Notes under the pieces: generated by a model
What the model saw: only the letters and a program-made list of their open reading frames with translations
Databases searched by the model: none
What the model was told of the DNA's origin: nothing
Translations under genes and position numbers: made by a program
Source of the DNA: Auanema rhodensis
Taxonomy: Eukaryota; Animalia; Nematoda
Direction: 5' to 3'
Assembly (NCBI GenBank): GCA_964057225.1
Contig: OZ059899.1
Location: 16,120,001-16,184,000 of the forward strand
DNA length: 64,000 nt
Shown: piece after piece, positions 33,759-54,210 of the stretch
How the letters are laid out: each line of letters opens with the position of its first letter
Position numbering within the stretch: position 1 is the stretch's first letter

Positions 33759-36700
33759 ATGGGTAAGATTATTTTTATTAAGTTTCTGGTTATTGTAATC
33801 AATTTGTCATTGTATTATTAGAGATTGATCGCAATGTTGTAGGCCGAAGTCAAGTAGCTACCATGCCATGCCAAGTCTGTGGCGATCGTTCATATGGCAG
33901 ACACTATGGCTTATGGACATGTGATGGCTGTTCATGTTTTTTCAAACGTTCAGTCCGTAAAAACATTCAATATTCGTGTATCTGTATGTTTTATCCAATT
34001 AATTTACAAATAATCTTTATCATTTTTCATTTCTTTCATTTGCTTCTTTCAGCTGGTTTGGATAACTGTGTGATCGATAAAACTCGTCGTAACTGGTGTC
34101 CAGCTTGTCGCTTAGCCAAATGCTTTCGTCTAAATATGAATTCACAAGGTACATTCTTCAAAAAAAGTTGGTAAGACTAGTTTCAAAAACAATAAATTTC
34201 GTTTTTCATATTAAAACAATATGCAATTTTACCTCTTTCAATGTTTAATTGTATATACAGTTACATATATCTACATTCCCTCTCCCTCTTTTTCTTTTTA
34301 TCATCAACTTTGGCTTCATAATTCTTTTTTGTCGATTAAACTTAAAACGTTACATACTTCTAACAAGGGATCGTGTTAGAAAATTAGGTTTTTTTTAGGA
34401 AAAAACATAACAAAGAAGAATAAGATAAAGTAACTTTTTCGAATTTTGAATATTCTTTTGTATGGGGAACAATTCGTGATTTTAAATTTCTTTCGATGAT
34501 AATCCCTATTTACTTTACGTATATTATGGGAAAAACAGTATTTCATACTACTGAAGTTAGAAACTTGACAAACTCGACTTATAAATTAGAAAAACATTGT
34601 TTCAGAGTGAGGATAAGCTTTAAGATTGAGAGAAAATGATTGTTTAGAAGTTTCTAAAAAAGAAAATTTAAATAGGAATGATCATTATAGTTATTACATC
34701 TTCAATCTTTCTTGAAAAATTGAAAGGTGTATAACTGAATGAAAGTGGGCAGCTTTTTAGAAAAATGGGGAGGGGAATTGAACAGCTTGTGCTTATGGGC
34801 GTAGTTGACATCTACATATTCTATTAACTATATTAATATAATTAAATGAACAGAAAGAACAGACATACGCATGTTTACTGCATGATATAAATTTATTGAA
34901 ATTTATTTCTCTGGTTACAGCTGTACAACGAGAACGGGGACCCCGTAAGCATTATATGAAGATGAATTCACACAATCACCATAACAATCATCGTCAACAT
35001 CATCATCATCAGATAGAAAGGTCTTCAGTGGATGAGCTAAGCAACAGCAGTGAGCTGATGTTTAATAATGGTTCACCAACGTCATCACTAGTCACCACGT
35101 CGACAACGACGACAACTTCGGCTTCAACATCAAATGCAGATAAAATAAGTATGTGCTATATGTACATCACATCATGGAATTATGAAAGAAACCTGCAACA
35201 CTCTGTTGTTATTTCAGTAGCTGTTGATGCTTTGTTTGTAGCCATGTTACACGCTTGTAATAGCTCTGTTTTATTAGCTTTTACATCACTTCATGATAGA
35301 AAGGTATGCGCTTTATTTAGATAATTAATTACATGATCATATAGTTAATAGAAAAAAAAAAGAATAAAAGAAAGAAAGAAAGAAAGATGTGCTTGAATTA
35401 TAGAAGGAAAAGAATAGATAAAAACATGAAAGTTGAGTAAAAGATAGGCAAAAGACATGATGGAACATCAGAAGATGCATATAGGAGCTTTGGTTTTTGA
35501 CGCAAATTCATTTGTCATGCAATGCTCTCTCTATATAATAGCAATCCGATTGAGAAAAGGCGAGAGATCGAGTGAAGAGAAAGAGTCGAGATATGAAAAG
35601 AATATAGGAGAACATTTTTGGTAATTAGAATGAAGAAAGGTATAAAAGAAAAAAACTCCACTTCCCTCCCCTCCGCTTAAAATATAATATACGTATTGAC
35701 TATATGATATACTTATTATTTGCTATGTATATATTAATATATAAAGATACATATATATATAATACATACATACATATCCATACATACATATACATCTAAA
35801 TTTATATAAAAACTAAAACAAAAAACATTTCAAACCGAATATGAATGATGATGAAGATGGCTTATTTTCTTCATCGTCTCTACACACATACACACTCTCT
35901 CTCTCTTTTTTCTCTTTCTCTCTATGTCTTTCCTTTTTTCAGGCAAAAAGTATGAAGAGAGGGGGGGGGGGGCAAACAAAAAAATGGAAGAAAAAACCTG
36001 ACTCAAGCACACAAATCACATCATGTTTTCATTCAACAACAACGCACAAAAACATCCGATTACAAGTGATAGAAATGAACTAAAAAGTCAAAAAAATAAG
36101 AAAGAAAATCTTTAAATGGGCAGAATCGTTCACGCTGTTTTTTGGGATTTTCAAAAGAGAAAAACAAAAAAAACAGAACTTGTTGATGTTTGGTTTGTGG
36201 TAGGGTTCGAGAAAAAACATTGTAATGAAATGCTTAATTACATGCTAATACATTTATAATTAAAATATAATTTTTTAAGGCTATTCTCTGTCGTCAATAT
36301 GGAATATTTTTTGATTTTTTGCTTGCAACCAGTAGAGAGCAGTTACTTAAATCTTATTCGGTAATAAGAAAATATTATGGCTGAAGGAATTGATATTCAT
36401 TTTTTTAAATTTTAGGATGATTTTCCAATGGATATAGATGTGGATTTAGATACAGAAGAAATACGACTAGTTATATGTATGATTTTCTGTCGATTAGGTT
36501 AATATAATTTATAATAATTATTCTTTTTTTTTCTAATATTATTAAAGGTGAACGAGAAAATAAGTTGGCATTTGCATCACCATTATTACCAGTATATGCA
36601 CATTGGCTTTTACAATACAGCAAATCACAAGAAAAGGTATTACAATATATATATATAAATATATAATATAAAATTAATATAATTATTATAGATTAATACA

Positions 36701-36835
36701 TTATCAAAATTATTAGATTGGTTATTCATACAAAATGAGAACAGAAATATAATTGTAACAAGGCGAATGTGTATATCTCCAATAACATTAATTGAGCATT
36801 TTTTTGATCAAGTTTCTACAAATAATAATTTATGA
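33759..36835 (+). CDS. nhr-239: NR2E-family nuclear hormone receptor, NHR-239/Hr83-like
   Basis: [28 protein letters not shown] (CDGCSC P-box), [22 protein letters not shown]; degenerate short LBD exons. Confidence 0.78.
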
Positions 36836-37057
36836 AATGTATAATAAAAATATATTTTTAAGTATTTTATGAATTTTAATAAATATTATGAAAAAAACAT
36901 ATAAATATACATAACGACCGTTCTTCATATGACAATTTAATAATGAAAATATATTGAATAGTATAATTAGCATAATTACACGCTAGATTTAAAAAAGTTC
37001 ACGTGAAAATGAGAAAATTCAAAATTCACGCAAATAAAATTTATTATTTAAAAAAAT

Positions 37058-38506
37058 ATGAAAGGTGTTTGTATTATCGGTTTTATATTATTTTTATATA
37101 AAATAGAAATAATTAATTCGTCTATGGAAGGTATATATTGTTTATAAAAACGTAATCAGTAGAATATATATTATTTGATTAAGATATATGTGATTTAATT
37201 ATATTTTTTTCAGAAAATGATGAATGGCCATTGTATAGAACGTAATATTATCATTTTTTTTTATTTTAAACTTTTTTTTTCGCATAGTTAACTATCTTAA
37301 TGATTTCATATTTATATGTTAGTTTATAGTTATGTTAAACCTTCAATACTTCGTAAAACAGAATTACCTCTTCATGATGCAGTTATAAAGCTATATGGTA
37401 TAAGCAAAAAATCGTCGTTCAATCTTGTTTGTAATCCATATATGATGCATAATACAAGTTAAGATTATAATATATTTTTTATATTATATATTACTTATGA
37501 TTATTTATATATTATTATATTTTAGTGTAATTTTTCCAATATTTGAACGATTAAAACCATTAGTTAAGAGAGGAAGTTATTGGGATATGATTAAGAATAA
37601 TTCACTAGTTATTTATTTCAGTTAGTTTTTTTTTTGAATAAATATTTAAATTAATTAAAATACATAATTTAGAAGCACGTGATAAATCATATGAGATGCC
37701 TACTCCTTACCGACAAGGCTCTTTTAATCAATTAGATCAAAAAGCACATATTACAGCTACATTTACATTTCCACTTAAGCTGTTTGATGAAGATCTTGAT
37801 CCAATTACAATAGACCGTGAGTTTTTAACTTATATATATATATATATATAGTTTATATTCATATTTAGATGACATTGGAATTAATGATTGTAGTTTTAAC
37901 ATTATGTTTGATTTCTTGAATAAGGTTAGTGATTAAACATTACTATTTGTTTTTAAAATGATTGAAGCTAATCAGTAAATGTAACAAACTTAGCTATAAA
38001 TTCTTAAATTTATAATTAAAAGTTCTAAATATGCCTTTAGAAAATTGATATTACTTCGAGTGATATAAACACCGGAATTCCTTTGAACTCAAGTTTAGAA
38101 ACAACGTTCGCATATTCAATTGAATTCAATACAGATGTTGAATCAATAGAAACATCATTTGTACTTGAAAGAAGATATAATGATTCATTCGAAAAGAATT
38201 ATGCTTTCATTGGTCGAGTAAGTTGTTTAATCATTTTCGTTTTCAAATTTTTGTTTTGAATTTCAATATGTTGGTTTGTTGTAGGTTTCAAAAAGCTTTC
38301 CCATTCAAGATACAGAATATCCAAAAGAAGAAAAATTTACAGAAGACATACCATTATTGGAGACAACAGTCTTTCGTGACATGTTATTAGCTTCTCTTGT
38401 TATTACACTGTAAGTTACTATCCATTTGTATATTTAAAATAATTATATTATTTATAGTTTTCTCTGCTTTTTAACTATAACAGGATTTGCTGGATATTTC
38501 TTATAA
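37058..38506 (+). CDS. Unknown protein with signal peptide and C-terminal hydrophobic anchor (multi-exon)
   Basis: MKGVCIIGFILFLY... start, regular ~45-nt GT-AG introns, hydrophobic last exons. Confidence 0.55.
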
Positions 38507-38935
38507 AATACAAAGATATATTATATTAAAGTAAATTGTTCAATTTTTCAATTGTCTTGACTTCTCAAGAGAGAAAAAAAAGAATAAAAAGGAAAAAAAA
38601 TAAGTGATGATTGAAGATATGTTTAAAACATTTCAAATATTATATTCATTTGAATATATATATTATTTACATCTTTGTTACTTAAAATAGTTGCTAACTG
38701 TAGCTGTTTATCTTGTTTTTATTGAAATTTTCAGCTTTTCCATCTGCTATTAATGATAACCTTAGAGCTGTATCTTCAGGCTACATACAGCTTATCAGTT
38801 TATTGTTTATTTATATAGTTAACAGATGTAATTATGAATTATTTATATTGTTATTCTGTTTTACATTTTTTTAATCTTTTATCCTGCTTTTCATTAGTTT
38901 TATTCGAAATTTTCTGCTTGAATTAATTTCTGATT

Positions 38936-40100
38936 ATGGAAGGATGTCCGAAATTTGTTGAATATCCTCCTAAATGGTACGTCCCAGTGCATTACATTAT
39001 TGGAATTATAACTATACCTCTTGCTATTTATACATATATTATAATAAATAAGGTTCATATAACACATATGGATAAACAATATATCAAATATATGCATTTA
39101 TTTCATTTATGGGTTAGTGCAGCTTCATTACATAACAATTTCTGTGTATGTTACGTCTTCTTATCAATGTTTTTCTTCTACAAATGAAAATTTATAGATG
39201 ATTATTAACTATATGCCTGCTATGCTTTCTTTTGCTCTAGGATTTTTATCGATTAATCCAATTGTCGATTTTCTCATTGGCTGCCTTCTAAAAAATTATA
39301 TAATCACATTTGGTTCTGTGTTGGCTTTACATCGCTTATTTCTCTGTATGTACGGTCAAAATATACCAAAATATTCACAGATTATTGTTATATGTTATGT
39401 GATACTGGGTGCTACTGTCTATCCAGCTTTTTTAATTCGTATCAGCTTATATTATAATCAAAATATGGCTAATACCAAACTGCTAAAGGTTACAATCGCA
39501 AGTTCTAACTGTGATACTATCAAAATTTCAGTTATGTCCACAGTTTTTTCCAATCGCTAGTCAATATCCGGTGATGTTTAGTATTTCTCCCGAATTATCA
39601 ACAGCTCCTGTAGCATTAGGTGTTGTATGTATAGTAATGGGAGTTGGATCAACTGCTTTTCTCTACTTTTCTCATAGTTATTTGAAAAAAAATTCTATGA
39701 ATCTTAGTGAAAAAGCAAAAAAAATACACCTAAAGTTACTATTTATTCTGATGATACAGGTTAGAAAGTTTAAATCCCTTTTTTAACAAATTTTTTTGTT
39801 GTAAGATCGCAGTACCAACTGTTTTGCATATAGTACCAGGTATTATTGTTGGATATATCTATAATTATAGAATAACTCTACCATTAGGTAACATAAACAA
39901 ATCTAAAATTTCATTTTTTAACTAATATTCTATAGTATTTCCACTATGTGTATGGAGTTTTGGATCATTTGATGCAATTATCAATGGCTTTATATTACTT
40001 TATTATAATCCACCATATAAAGCTCGGGTAAAATATGAGTTAAGTTCACTATTGTGCAATGTGAAACGAACATCTTCGATTGTATCGACGATATCAAGAT
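38936..40100 (+). CDS. Serpentine 7TM chemoreceptor (Srh/Sri-like)
   Basis: HYIIGIITIPL TM1, NLSEKAKKIHLKLLFILMIQ-IAVP, NPPYKARV. Confidence 0.75.
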
Positions 40101-40466
40101 CTGGTGTAAGCATGATCTAGATAAACATTTATATGTTATAATAAATCAATTTCAAATATGTAGACTATTACATTAAAAAAACCTGTCACCGGTTCTATCT
40201 TTAGATTAAGAAAAAAGCTAAGATGCGATTGAAAATATGTTTAAATCGAATCAAGTTCATGGGAGAGTGAGCAAATTGTTTATATATACTCGACACCCTC
40301 ATTCGGTAAACTCTGATTTTTGAAAGGCATAGAAAAGGTTAAATAAAGTTGAATAATGGACATCGATAATACAGAAGATCTTTTGTTAAGTTGGAGTTTG
40401 GCGAAGTTTTCTCAAGTTCGGCTAGAATTCAAATTAATATGTAACAGAAAAAAAAGCAAAAATTTC

Positions 40467-40548
40467 TGATGAGAGTGGGATTCGAACCCACGCCTCCGAA
40501 GAGACTGGTGCCTTAAACCAGCGCCTTAGACCGCTCGGCCATCTCACC
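40467..40548 (-). tRNA. Solo tRNA-Leu(AAG)
   Basis: Identical to the array consensus but with unrelated flanks; T-run terminator. Confidence 0.97.
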
Positions 40549-41129
40549 ACATTCATCTTTATGATGGTGAAGTTGATAAACAAACCACAGAATATGCACC
40601 ATGGAAAAAAGTTTCCCAGTTTTATCACCTAAGGCAGTGCTTGTGAATCATCTATCCCAGCCTGCCTCTCTGTCTCTGCCTCTGTTATACTCAGCCCGCC
40701 TATTGCGTGCGTTTCCGCATACGGCTTTGTTTCTTAGTCGCAGTCTCACGACGACCGACCAGACTGTCCATATCTTAACGATAACATATTATTCATTGAT
40801 CTCGAATCTACTACGAAATCCTAACAGAAGATCTATAAAGCTTGCAAAATCTTCATGTTGATCAGCTTGTTTTCTTAAGCGACTGTACTATTGATTACCC
40901 TGTTATCGCTAGGAGCAAAATGTTAAATACTGTGCTTCAATTTCATATATCAGCACATGACATCTGAAATTGACGCCCCTTATTGATGAGCAATATACTT
41001 ATATGTCTTCTCAAACATATGTAATTTTGATGTGTTTCCAAGTTGTCGCTCATTCGAATTCAATTAATCTTCTTATTCTCATATCCTATAAGCCGCTCAC
41101 CTAAATAAATGTTGTTGCTGTTGTTAGGT

Positions 41130-43386
41130 ATGCCGTCCTCGCCTGCTCCAATACCACCACCCAGGAAAAATCGTCTGACAGGAAAGGACATTTCTAAACC
41201 GATTGATTGTGTGTTCGTAACTATGAATTTTTTGTAATTTATCAATTAAAAACAAAACAATTCTAAAAAAAATCAATATTTGAAATATAAAAATGTATAT
41301 TATAGTCATTTCTTGCACGTTGGACCTGAATTGAAGTCTGAGGATGTAAAGAATGCTATCAAAAAGGAATCATTGGTTTGTTACTGCATTAAATTATATC
41401 GTAATATATATATATAAATATGTTTAGCAACAAATATTAAGCCGAACTGGGCATCCAAATGCTACTTCAACATCTCCTAAACTAACTCCAACCGCAAGAG
41501 ATGCTCCTCCCGATGTAAGCTTAACTATTGTAACTATAATCTGATATATTTTAACAGTTTGATGCACCAAAATATGGACTTGTAGACAGTAATGAAGATA
41601 ATCGCCAATCTGTCAGTTCAGAAGATTATCAATGTATTGGTAATTGGAAGCCATCTGAGGTTAAACGTTATTTCGTAATGCTCAAATCGCTAGAATTCCA
41701 TAATTTTTAGCAACAAGAAAAAGCAAAAATCAACTATGCTAATTTAGAACCCGTTCATGGATATGAGAATATCGAACGCAAGTATAGCTCTTTCTTCTTT
41801 TAATTGTTCATACACACAAATCAATTTCAGGCCTTTTACTAAAAGAACTGCACCACCACCTCCACCTTCTCAGGATGTTAAACCAGCCTTATCAGTAGTA
41901 ATATCGCCAACATCACTGAATGAGTCTGACGAAACGCCAGTTATGAGAACGTTTTATTAAATATATTGATATGAAATGACGTATTGATTAAGGCAGCGAC
42001 CAAATCAACCTATACTGGAGTTGCAGAAGCCCATCAGAACTCCACAACGTATAGAAATGCATACCCTCTCCCCCGTGAGTGCAAATGTATTAATTCAATT
42101 CGATTCTATAAAACTGAAAAAAGAGAAGATACAAAAGAATAATAAGATTGTAACGAAACTAAAACAATGTTGAATAATATCAAAAATAAGTTAAATCATA
42201 AGCACTCTCTCATACATACGTATGCATTTCAATTTATATTGTTTGTATAGGATAATTTTATAACCCAGATACATAACAAAACTCTATATCACTTGAGAAG
42301 TTTTCATTCAAAACCATAATTCATTTTTTTCCAGGAAATTGAACGTCCAAATCGTCTTAATGGCTCTGGAATTCTTGGATTGAATGATAGTATTCCGTTG
42401 CGATCTATATCACCGTCTCCACTTCTATCGACGAGAAGCTCGAAATCTCATAATAGCATGAGTAATGACATGTCTACAACCTCTACAAGCTCTAGTCAGG
42501 GAATATTCACACCACAAAAGTCTGCCCCAAAGCGAGTTAGAGCTCCGCTTCCCCCAGCATTTGCTCAACTAGCTAATGAAGCTCAACAAGTTGTGATTGC
42601 GCGGCACAGTGCCGAAGAACTTCAACAGAGCGAATATTTGAAAAATGAAAACTACAAGAGCAAAAGTGAAAGTTGTATGGAAAATGAAGTTCCACAGGAG
42701 GATCGTATTTTGCCCGTCATAGAGGAAACAGAAGATGACAAAATCAGTGAAAGAGGACGAGAAGAGCCAGTACCTGTTATCCAAAACACTATTGTGAGTT
42801 TTATTTGAAATTTTATTTGAAATCCGCTGCTGAAAACAATAGAAACAACCGATTCGGTGCAAAAGGGTAATTCAATTGGCCCAATCGGTTGTTTCTCGTG
42901 GGTTGTTTCACGTGGGTTGTTTCACGTGGGCCAATTGAATTACCCTTTTGCACCGAATCGGTTGTTTCACGTGGTTTCGATTTCCACGTACGTCGAGACT
43001 GCAACCTAATATTCTAATTAAGCTTATTTCATCCATGTGAACTAAGATGCTTGCAATATATTTATAAACAGACAGTACTTATTAAACCTATTAAACCTTT
43101 TTCAGGATGCTCAAGTTGTTAAACCGGTAACTTCTCAAGTTCCTCCACCTATTCCTAAACCTCGTACAAGAGTATCTGTAAATTGTATTAGTGAAAATAA
43201 ACAAAAACATTTTCAGACTTCAATTTCAACTCCTGTTGGTGATGTCCCATCACGAAACGATGTTCAAATCGAAAAGGTAAGAACTGGAAATCTCTATCCA
43301 TATAATGAAACAACTTGTAGCTAGTAATAGCTGATACTCATGAAAATGATGAAGAAGAAGCGGATATTACGGTTCTCAGGTTGTAA
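41130..43386 (+). CDS. CRIB-motif, proline-rich disordered protein (putative Cdc42/Rac effector, multi-exon)
   Basis: Spliced ISKPIDCV/HFLHVG matches CRIB (ISxPxxxxHxxHVG); PPPR, APPPPP, PLPP, PPPIPKPR motifs. Confidence 0.65.
42842..42968. repeat. Intronic perfect 41-bp inverted repeat with internal 14-bp tandem repeats (MITE-like)
   Basis: 42842-42882 is the exact reverse complement of 42928-42968; GGTTGTTTC(A/T)CGTG x3 between the arms. Confidence 0.88.
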
Positions 43387-43608
43387 AATAAACATTTCTT
43401 TCTAAAACATTTATTATAATTATAAAACTATATCACTGATAAAACTATCTGTTGAACTCTTACTAATTACACATATTATATGATTATAAAATTATAAAAA
43501 AAGTAAAAGTACATACATATTAGCTTGGGTTATAGCAAGAATGAGCAAGTAAAATGTTACTCGTCGTAAAAAATTATTATAAATGCATGATGCAAAATGA
43601 GAAAAGAG

Positions 43609-49183
<5,575 letters not shown>

Positions 49184-50576
49184 CGTAACGGTTATATTCT
49201 TCTCAATGTTGTTTCAACTGATGAACAAACCTAAAAGTAACTGAACTTAGAAATATTTGAAGATAAAAGTTCAACAACTATTAGGAAAAGCTTCAAAAGA
49301 ATCAAAAAATAAACAATGTCTAAGTTCTAATATCAACAATAGAGACCAGCACCATATAAACGACATACTATGACAAAATAAAAAACTATATCAAGCACCT
49401 TAACTTTTAAACGGACCAATCTAATTATCAGAAATTAGTTATATACTGATATCAGGGAAAAATGCAACCGCACTACCCATATAGTAAATAAAAATAAAAA
49501 AATGCGGAAATAATCATTTGGCGCCAAATGGTAAAATAAATGATTGAACTCATGGTTTATTGATCATTAACCAACTGAGCAGTTTATGTAGCTTCAATGT
49601 GTGTTCCAATTTTTGAGGGAGAACAAAGAAAAAAATGTAGGTCCCCGAAAATCCTACTCCTTTTCCTAGCAACGAGTATCGATAAAGGATTGAAGCTTCT
49701 AACTAATTGCTCTCAATCAATGTGAGCTAAACTACAACTATTCGTATTTTGGACAAAAGAAATTTCGATATGGGAAAAATATGAAAATAAAAGAGAATAA
49801 AGTGTATTGATTGGCAAAATCAATGTATTTGATATAGTTAAGTTAAAATTGATGGGTGAGCTGCTGTTGTGGCTACTCTGTTCAGGCAACTAGGGGTCAC
49901 GACTGACGGTTGGATATAGGGCAGCTGCATGTTATTGATTTCTCTACATCAGCGTACGTGCAGAAGTTGAACGAAATATGAGGAGCAATTGGATTTTATA
50001 AAGAAAAGAAAAGATTGAACGCTGATGTACATGAGCAAGGAACTAAGAGTTTCGCGGGATCTCATGAGTGTGCTTCATTGGCTGACTATTGGCTAGTACA
50101 ACTGATTTTCCTTTCTTTTAAAAAGTATTGATTCCATAAAATCTTGAGTTGGTATCCCTCTCGGTTGTGTATGTTGTTCATCAAATAGGCAGACAGGCTT
50201 TCTTTGTAAGATCTTTTCTGTGTTCTTCCAGCAATTCGGATCATTTATATCATCAACCGCCAACAAATTTTGAAAAGTTGGAGCTTGTCAAGAGAAATCG
50301 CAGAAAATTGATTATAGTTTGATTGGAAATGAATAATTGAGAGAAAAGAAAGAAAGACTCAAATGCTTCATGATGAACAATACGTAAATGTCAATGATGG
50401 TCCCCAAAATTTGCAAAATTCGATAACGTTTATGACAATTCAGCATTTTGACAGCTGACAACTTCGAGCTTATGCTCATTGTATGGATAGAGACTATAAA
50501 AGTTGCTGATTCACTTCTTTGAATATCGTATACTCATTTGTCCGTCTTCAAGACTTGCAAACGTCCATGTTTTATA

Positions 50577-51067
50577 GAAGTACAAACTTTGCAACATTGT
50601 TTTTATGTATTTGTTTGAATCGGCTTGGTGTAGCTGATAAGCAGTTGCATGAGCATGATGTAGTAGAATCTCACGAAATTGACGGAGGTACTTGTTTATG
50701 TTATTACAGAAGCTTTCAATGCCATTTTTAGATATTGTCGACTTTTTTGGAATTCCACAATTTCCAAGATATAATCCAGCCCCAGTTTCTCGAGATAAAG
50801 ACTGTTCATTAGATCGGCTTCGTAAGCTGATGCACAAAGTGATCGCACGTTGTATAAGCATAACTAATGTTTCATCCAATGTTTCAGAGTATGACTGATA
50901 ATGTACGTGAAACTAAACAGAATATTCATACAAATATAGGCTCAATGGATGGTGGAACATGGTCAATCATATGTGCTGAATGTAACTTTAGTTATATGGC
51001 ACATGCTCAAGATTATTGTATTCATTCGAGATACAACATTACATGTCTGGTATTTCGACAAGATTAA
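50577..51067 (+). CDS. Ground-like (hedgehog-related grl) secreted protein; 5' end uncertain
   Basis: DCSLDRLRKLMHK/SMTDN...GGTWSIICAECNFSYMAHAQDYC......TCLVF fits the ground-like domain pattern. Confidence 0.8.
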
Positions 51068-54000
51068 CAACAACTTGTTGTTTTGCATATTTAAAACAGA
51101 AACCCTTATTTATGTTTAAAGAAGATTTTTTTGTTTGACTCAGTTGTTCTTCATGAACTATGAAGAACATTCGGAGATAGAGATCTAATGGTGTAGCCTA
51201 TGCATACGTGGTTAGTTCAGACTCTTATCTCAAGTCACCCCATTTGTATTGGATATACCTCCCCTAGTTTCATCTTCTTCCGTGTTAATTTTCAAAAAAT
51301 CAATAAATATTCTTGTATACCAAGCGTGTTTTTCATTGAAATTATTAATAAATTGGATAATTATTCAAAATTCTGCCTTATAAAACATCAACTTACAAGC
51401 CGTTGGGGCTTCGAAAGCATCGGGCAGTCAGTCACTTAGTCTTGATAGCTATCACAATAGTCTTCATCCGGATTTACTTATGTCGTACTGCTCAATCTTT
51501 TTTTCCAATCAGGTTAGTTCTTATCCTTTCTCATGATATTACACATATTAAATTAATTTAACAGTAATTCATTGTTAAAAACAATTCGTTTACCAGTTTT
51601 TCAGTTATTTTTAGTTTATTAAAAGGAAATATAATTACTTTTAGGTCAATAGAATCTGAAGAAGATAGAGAAACAACATTTTTTTATTTATTATCCTCAT
51701 TTGATGAAGAATTGGTAAGTACATGGATACAATCAAGAAATTAATGAATTTTTTGAAAATTTCCTCTATTTTTCTCTTCCAAACAATAATTTTGATCTCA
51801 GCTCAACTGCACTTTTAATACTTGGTTACATGGTGTAGAAAACTATTTCGTATTTTCTACGTATAAGCCAAGCATTGAAAACATCAAGAATCGAACGTTT
51901 TATCAGAAATTTCAAAAGTTTGACTATTGGAATCGCATAAGGTTGGTCAAAATCATAAAATAAACCATTGAGAATAATTATGGCATCTGCCCCCCTCAGT
52001 TACAATTTGAAATTATGAATGAAAACAGTACTTTAGGTCTCAATCCCGTTTTGTAGGCCAGTTTTTGGTGAGCCATAATGGAAATGAACCCGATTGGTAC
52101 GTGTTCTCTTCCGATAATACTTTCATATCAATCAAAGAGATGAAACTAGTAAGCAATATTAACGTTATATAATCTCTATGTACAAATGTGTTTATACATA
52201 TTTATATTTAGTCATGATTTTCTAAATGGCTAATCCCTTTTTAGGAACTATCCTATTCTGACAGCTCTTACGCTTATTATTCGACGATTGCTAAGGTTGG
52301 TTCCTGCATACATACACATGTGTATGCCTTGCTTAAATGGCTTCAACAAATTTTTTCAAATTCTATTAAATCAGGCAAAAAAGGTCAACAACCAATGAAC
52401 AGCATGTAGGAGCTTGCGAAGGCGAGCAAGTTTAGTTTGACTTTTTTTGCAGTAAAACTTGTTCATAAGCCACGTGTTGGCGGTCCTTTTGAATTATTTT
52501 CATATGCGTGAACATATTGAGCGGTTGTTTGTCCCTTTTTGCCACTTCTTCAGTAGTGTTTTGCTTCAGTTGAAGAATGAGCTTGTTTGTGTCTTCAACA
52601 CCATCAGTAGTGCAAAAGTGCTAAGTACTTACTTTTTTAAGAACAATGAAGAAAAAACAGAGCTTGACGTTTCATCTTCGATCCCTGTCACAATCTTAAG
52701 CCGTGGAGCATTTTCATTGCTGATGAAGCAGATTAGAAGCCATTCACCAGGTCCCTCTTAATTCTCAGTCAAATAATCCGAGACAATTATGAGGTTTAGG
52801 CTGTGAAGTTACTGGTAATTTGAAAAATTGTCTTGAGACTGGTATAGATTTACATCTGCAACAAGATTCGAATAATGATGACAGGTGAATTATAGCGATA
52901 ATAAACACATGTATATTTTGTCATATCTGTTACTTTGATAAGCTTGGTCTCCACCTTGTGATCATTATTAGATTTATTTCAGATTCCTAACCCTTAATAG
53001 GCATTTCGAAGTGGGAGAAATGAATAGATTTAAAAAGCGAAATGGAGGCAATTATTTCGATTCTGCTCAGGTAATATTTACAAAGAATAGAAGATTCCGT
53101 TCGGATTAAGCCTAATACCTTGTCGTCACAAAACGATTATATCATTTGAAAAGCATCTTCGTTTTCTTTCACTTTCTTTTACAAAGAACTTTCAGACTTT
53201 CACAAACCTAAGCCCCCAGCTGATTAGTTTCCACAATCTAACATGTTCTGATATGACAATAATTGATGTACTTATAAGAAAAGTGAAAGTTTAGATATAA
53301 TGTCTTGTATTATTGTTTCAAAATTGCAATCAATTAAAAATAAAAGAAAAAAATTTTAATTCATTAGCTGAAAAGTATATATTATATATATATATATATC
53401 TCATATATATTTATAAAATGCATTATAATAGTGCTCTTTGATTCAGAAGACCAACAAACAAAAAAAAATAGACTCTTTCAAATGCAAATTAACAAAAAGA
53501 TATGCAGTTAGGTGGTTTCTTGAGTATTGGATGTAAGTTTTTAAGTTTCGTAACCACCTCTACTAGCAAATATAAACGTTACTCTGAAGAATTCTGGGAT
53601 TGAATGTGAAGAAGTATATAATTGAAATATGATCAGGCAAATGATGAGAGGTCGTGAAATGGCAGAAGCTTTCTAGAATCTTAACCTTCTCACTAGAACG
53701 AAAGTTTAAGGTAACAAAAACAATATACTCTGGAAATATGTACAAAAATTAAAACTTATAATAGTACACAACGCGGACGAAACCTGAATGTAAGAAGAAA
53801 TTGCTCTATCACGCATTTTTAGTAAAGATTAATTTGAATAGTCTTGAGAAGATCTGAGTGTCAGATTTAGCGGCATAAACTAGCGCGTTTCTAAAGATAA
53901 ACGAGAAAGATGGTTCGACTAATCAGTTGAAATCACATGGTGGACACCAAAATTTGGACGAGACCGGCTCGTTGCTCACCTACTCTATGTCTATGTATGT

Positions 54001-54210
54001 AAGCGGGCGCTAAACTTATCATCAAGGCCAAAACGTATAAAAAGACTATGAATGATACGGAATGAAGATAGAAAACGGAACGTAAAATAAATAATCTACA
54101 CGGGGCAAAAAATAAGAAAAAAAAAGGAGAAAAACCATAATCAAGTTGGTCAAAAATGGTTGTACAGTGATAGTATAGTCATAACTGATTTTAAAGTTTT
54201 TGAACCTTGT

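Noticed and set aside
41060-41245. Gly-rich ORF RRFFLGGGIGAGEDG resembling a nucleotide-binding loop
   Set aside because: Antisense shadow of the Pro-rich first exon of the CRIB gene
50867-51067. Dynein light chain-like fragment
   Set aside because: The Cys pattern and FSY motif fit the ground-like domain better
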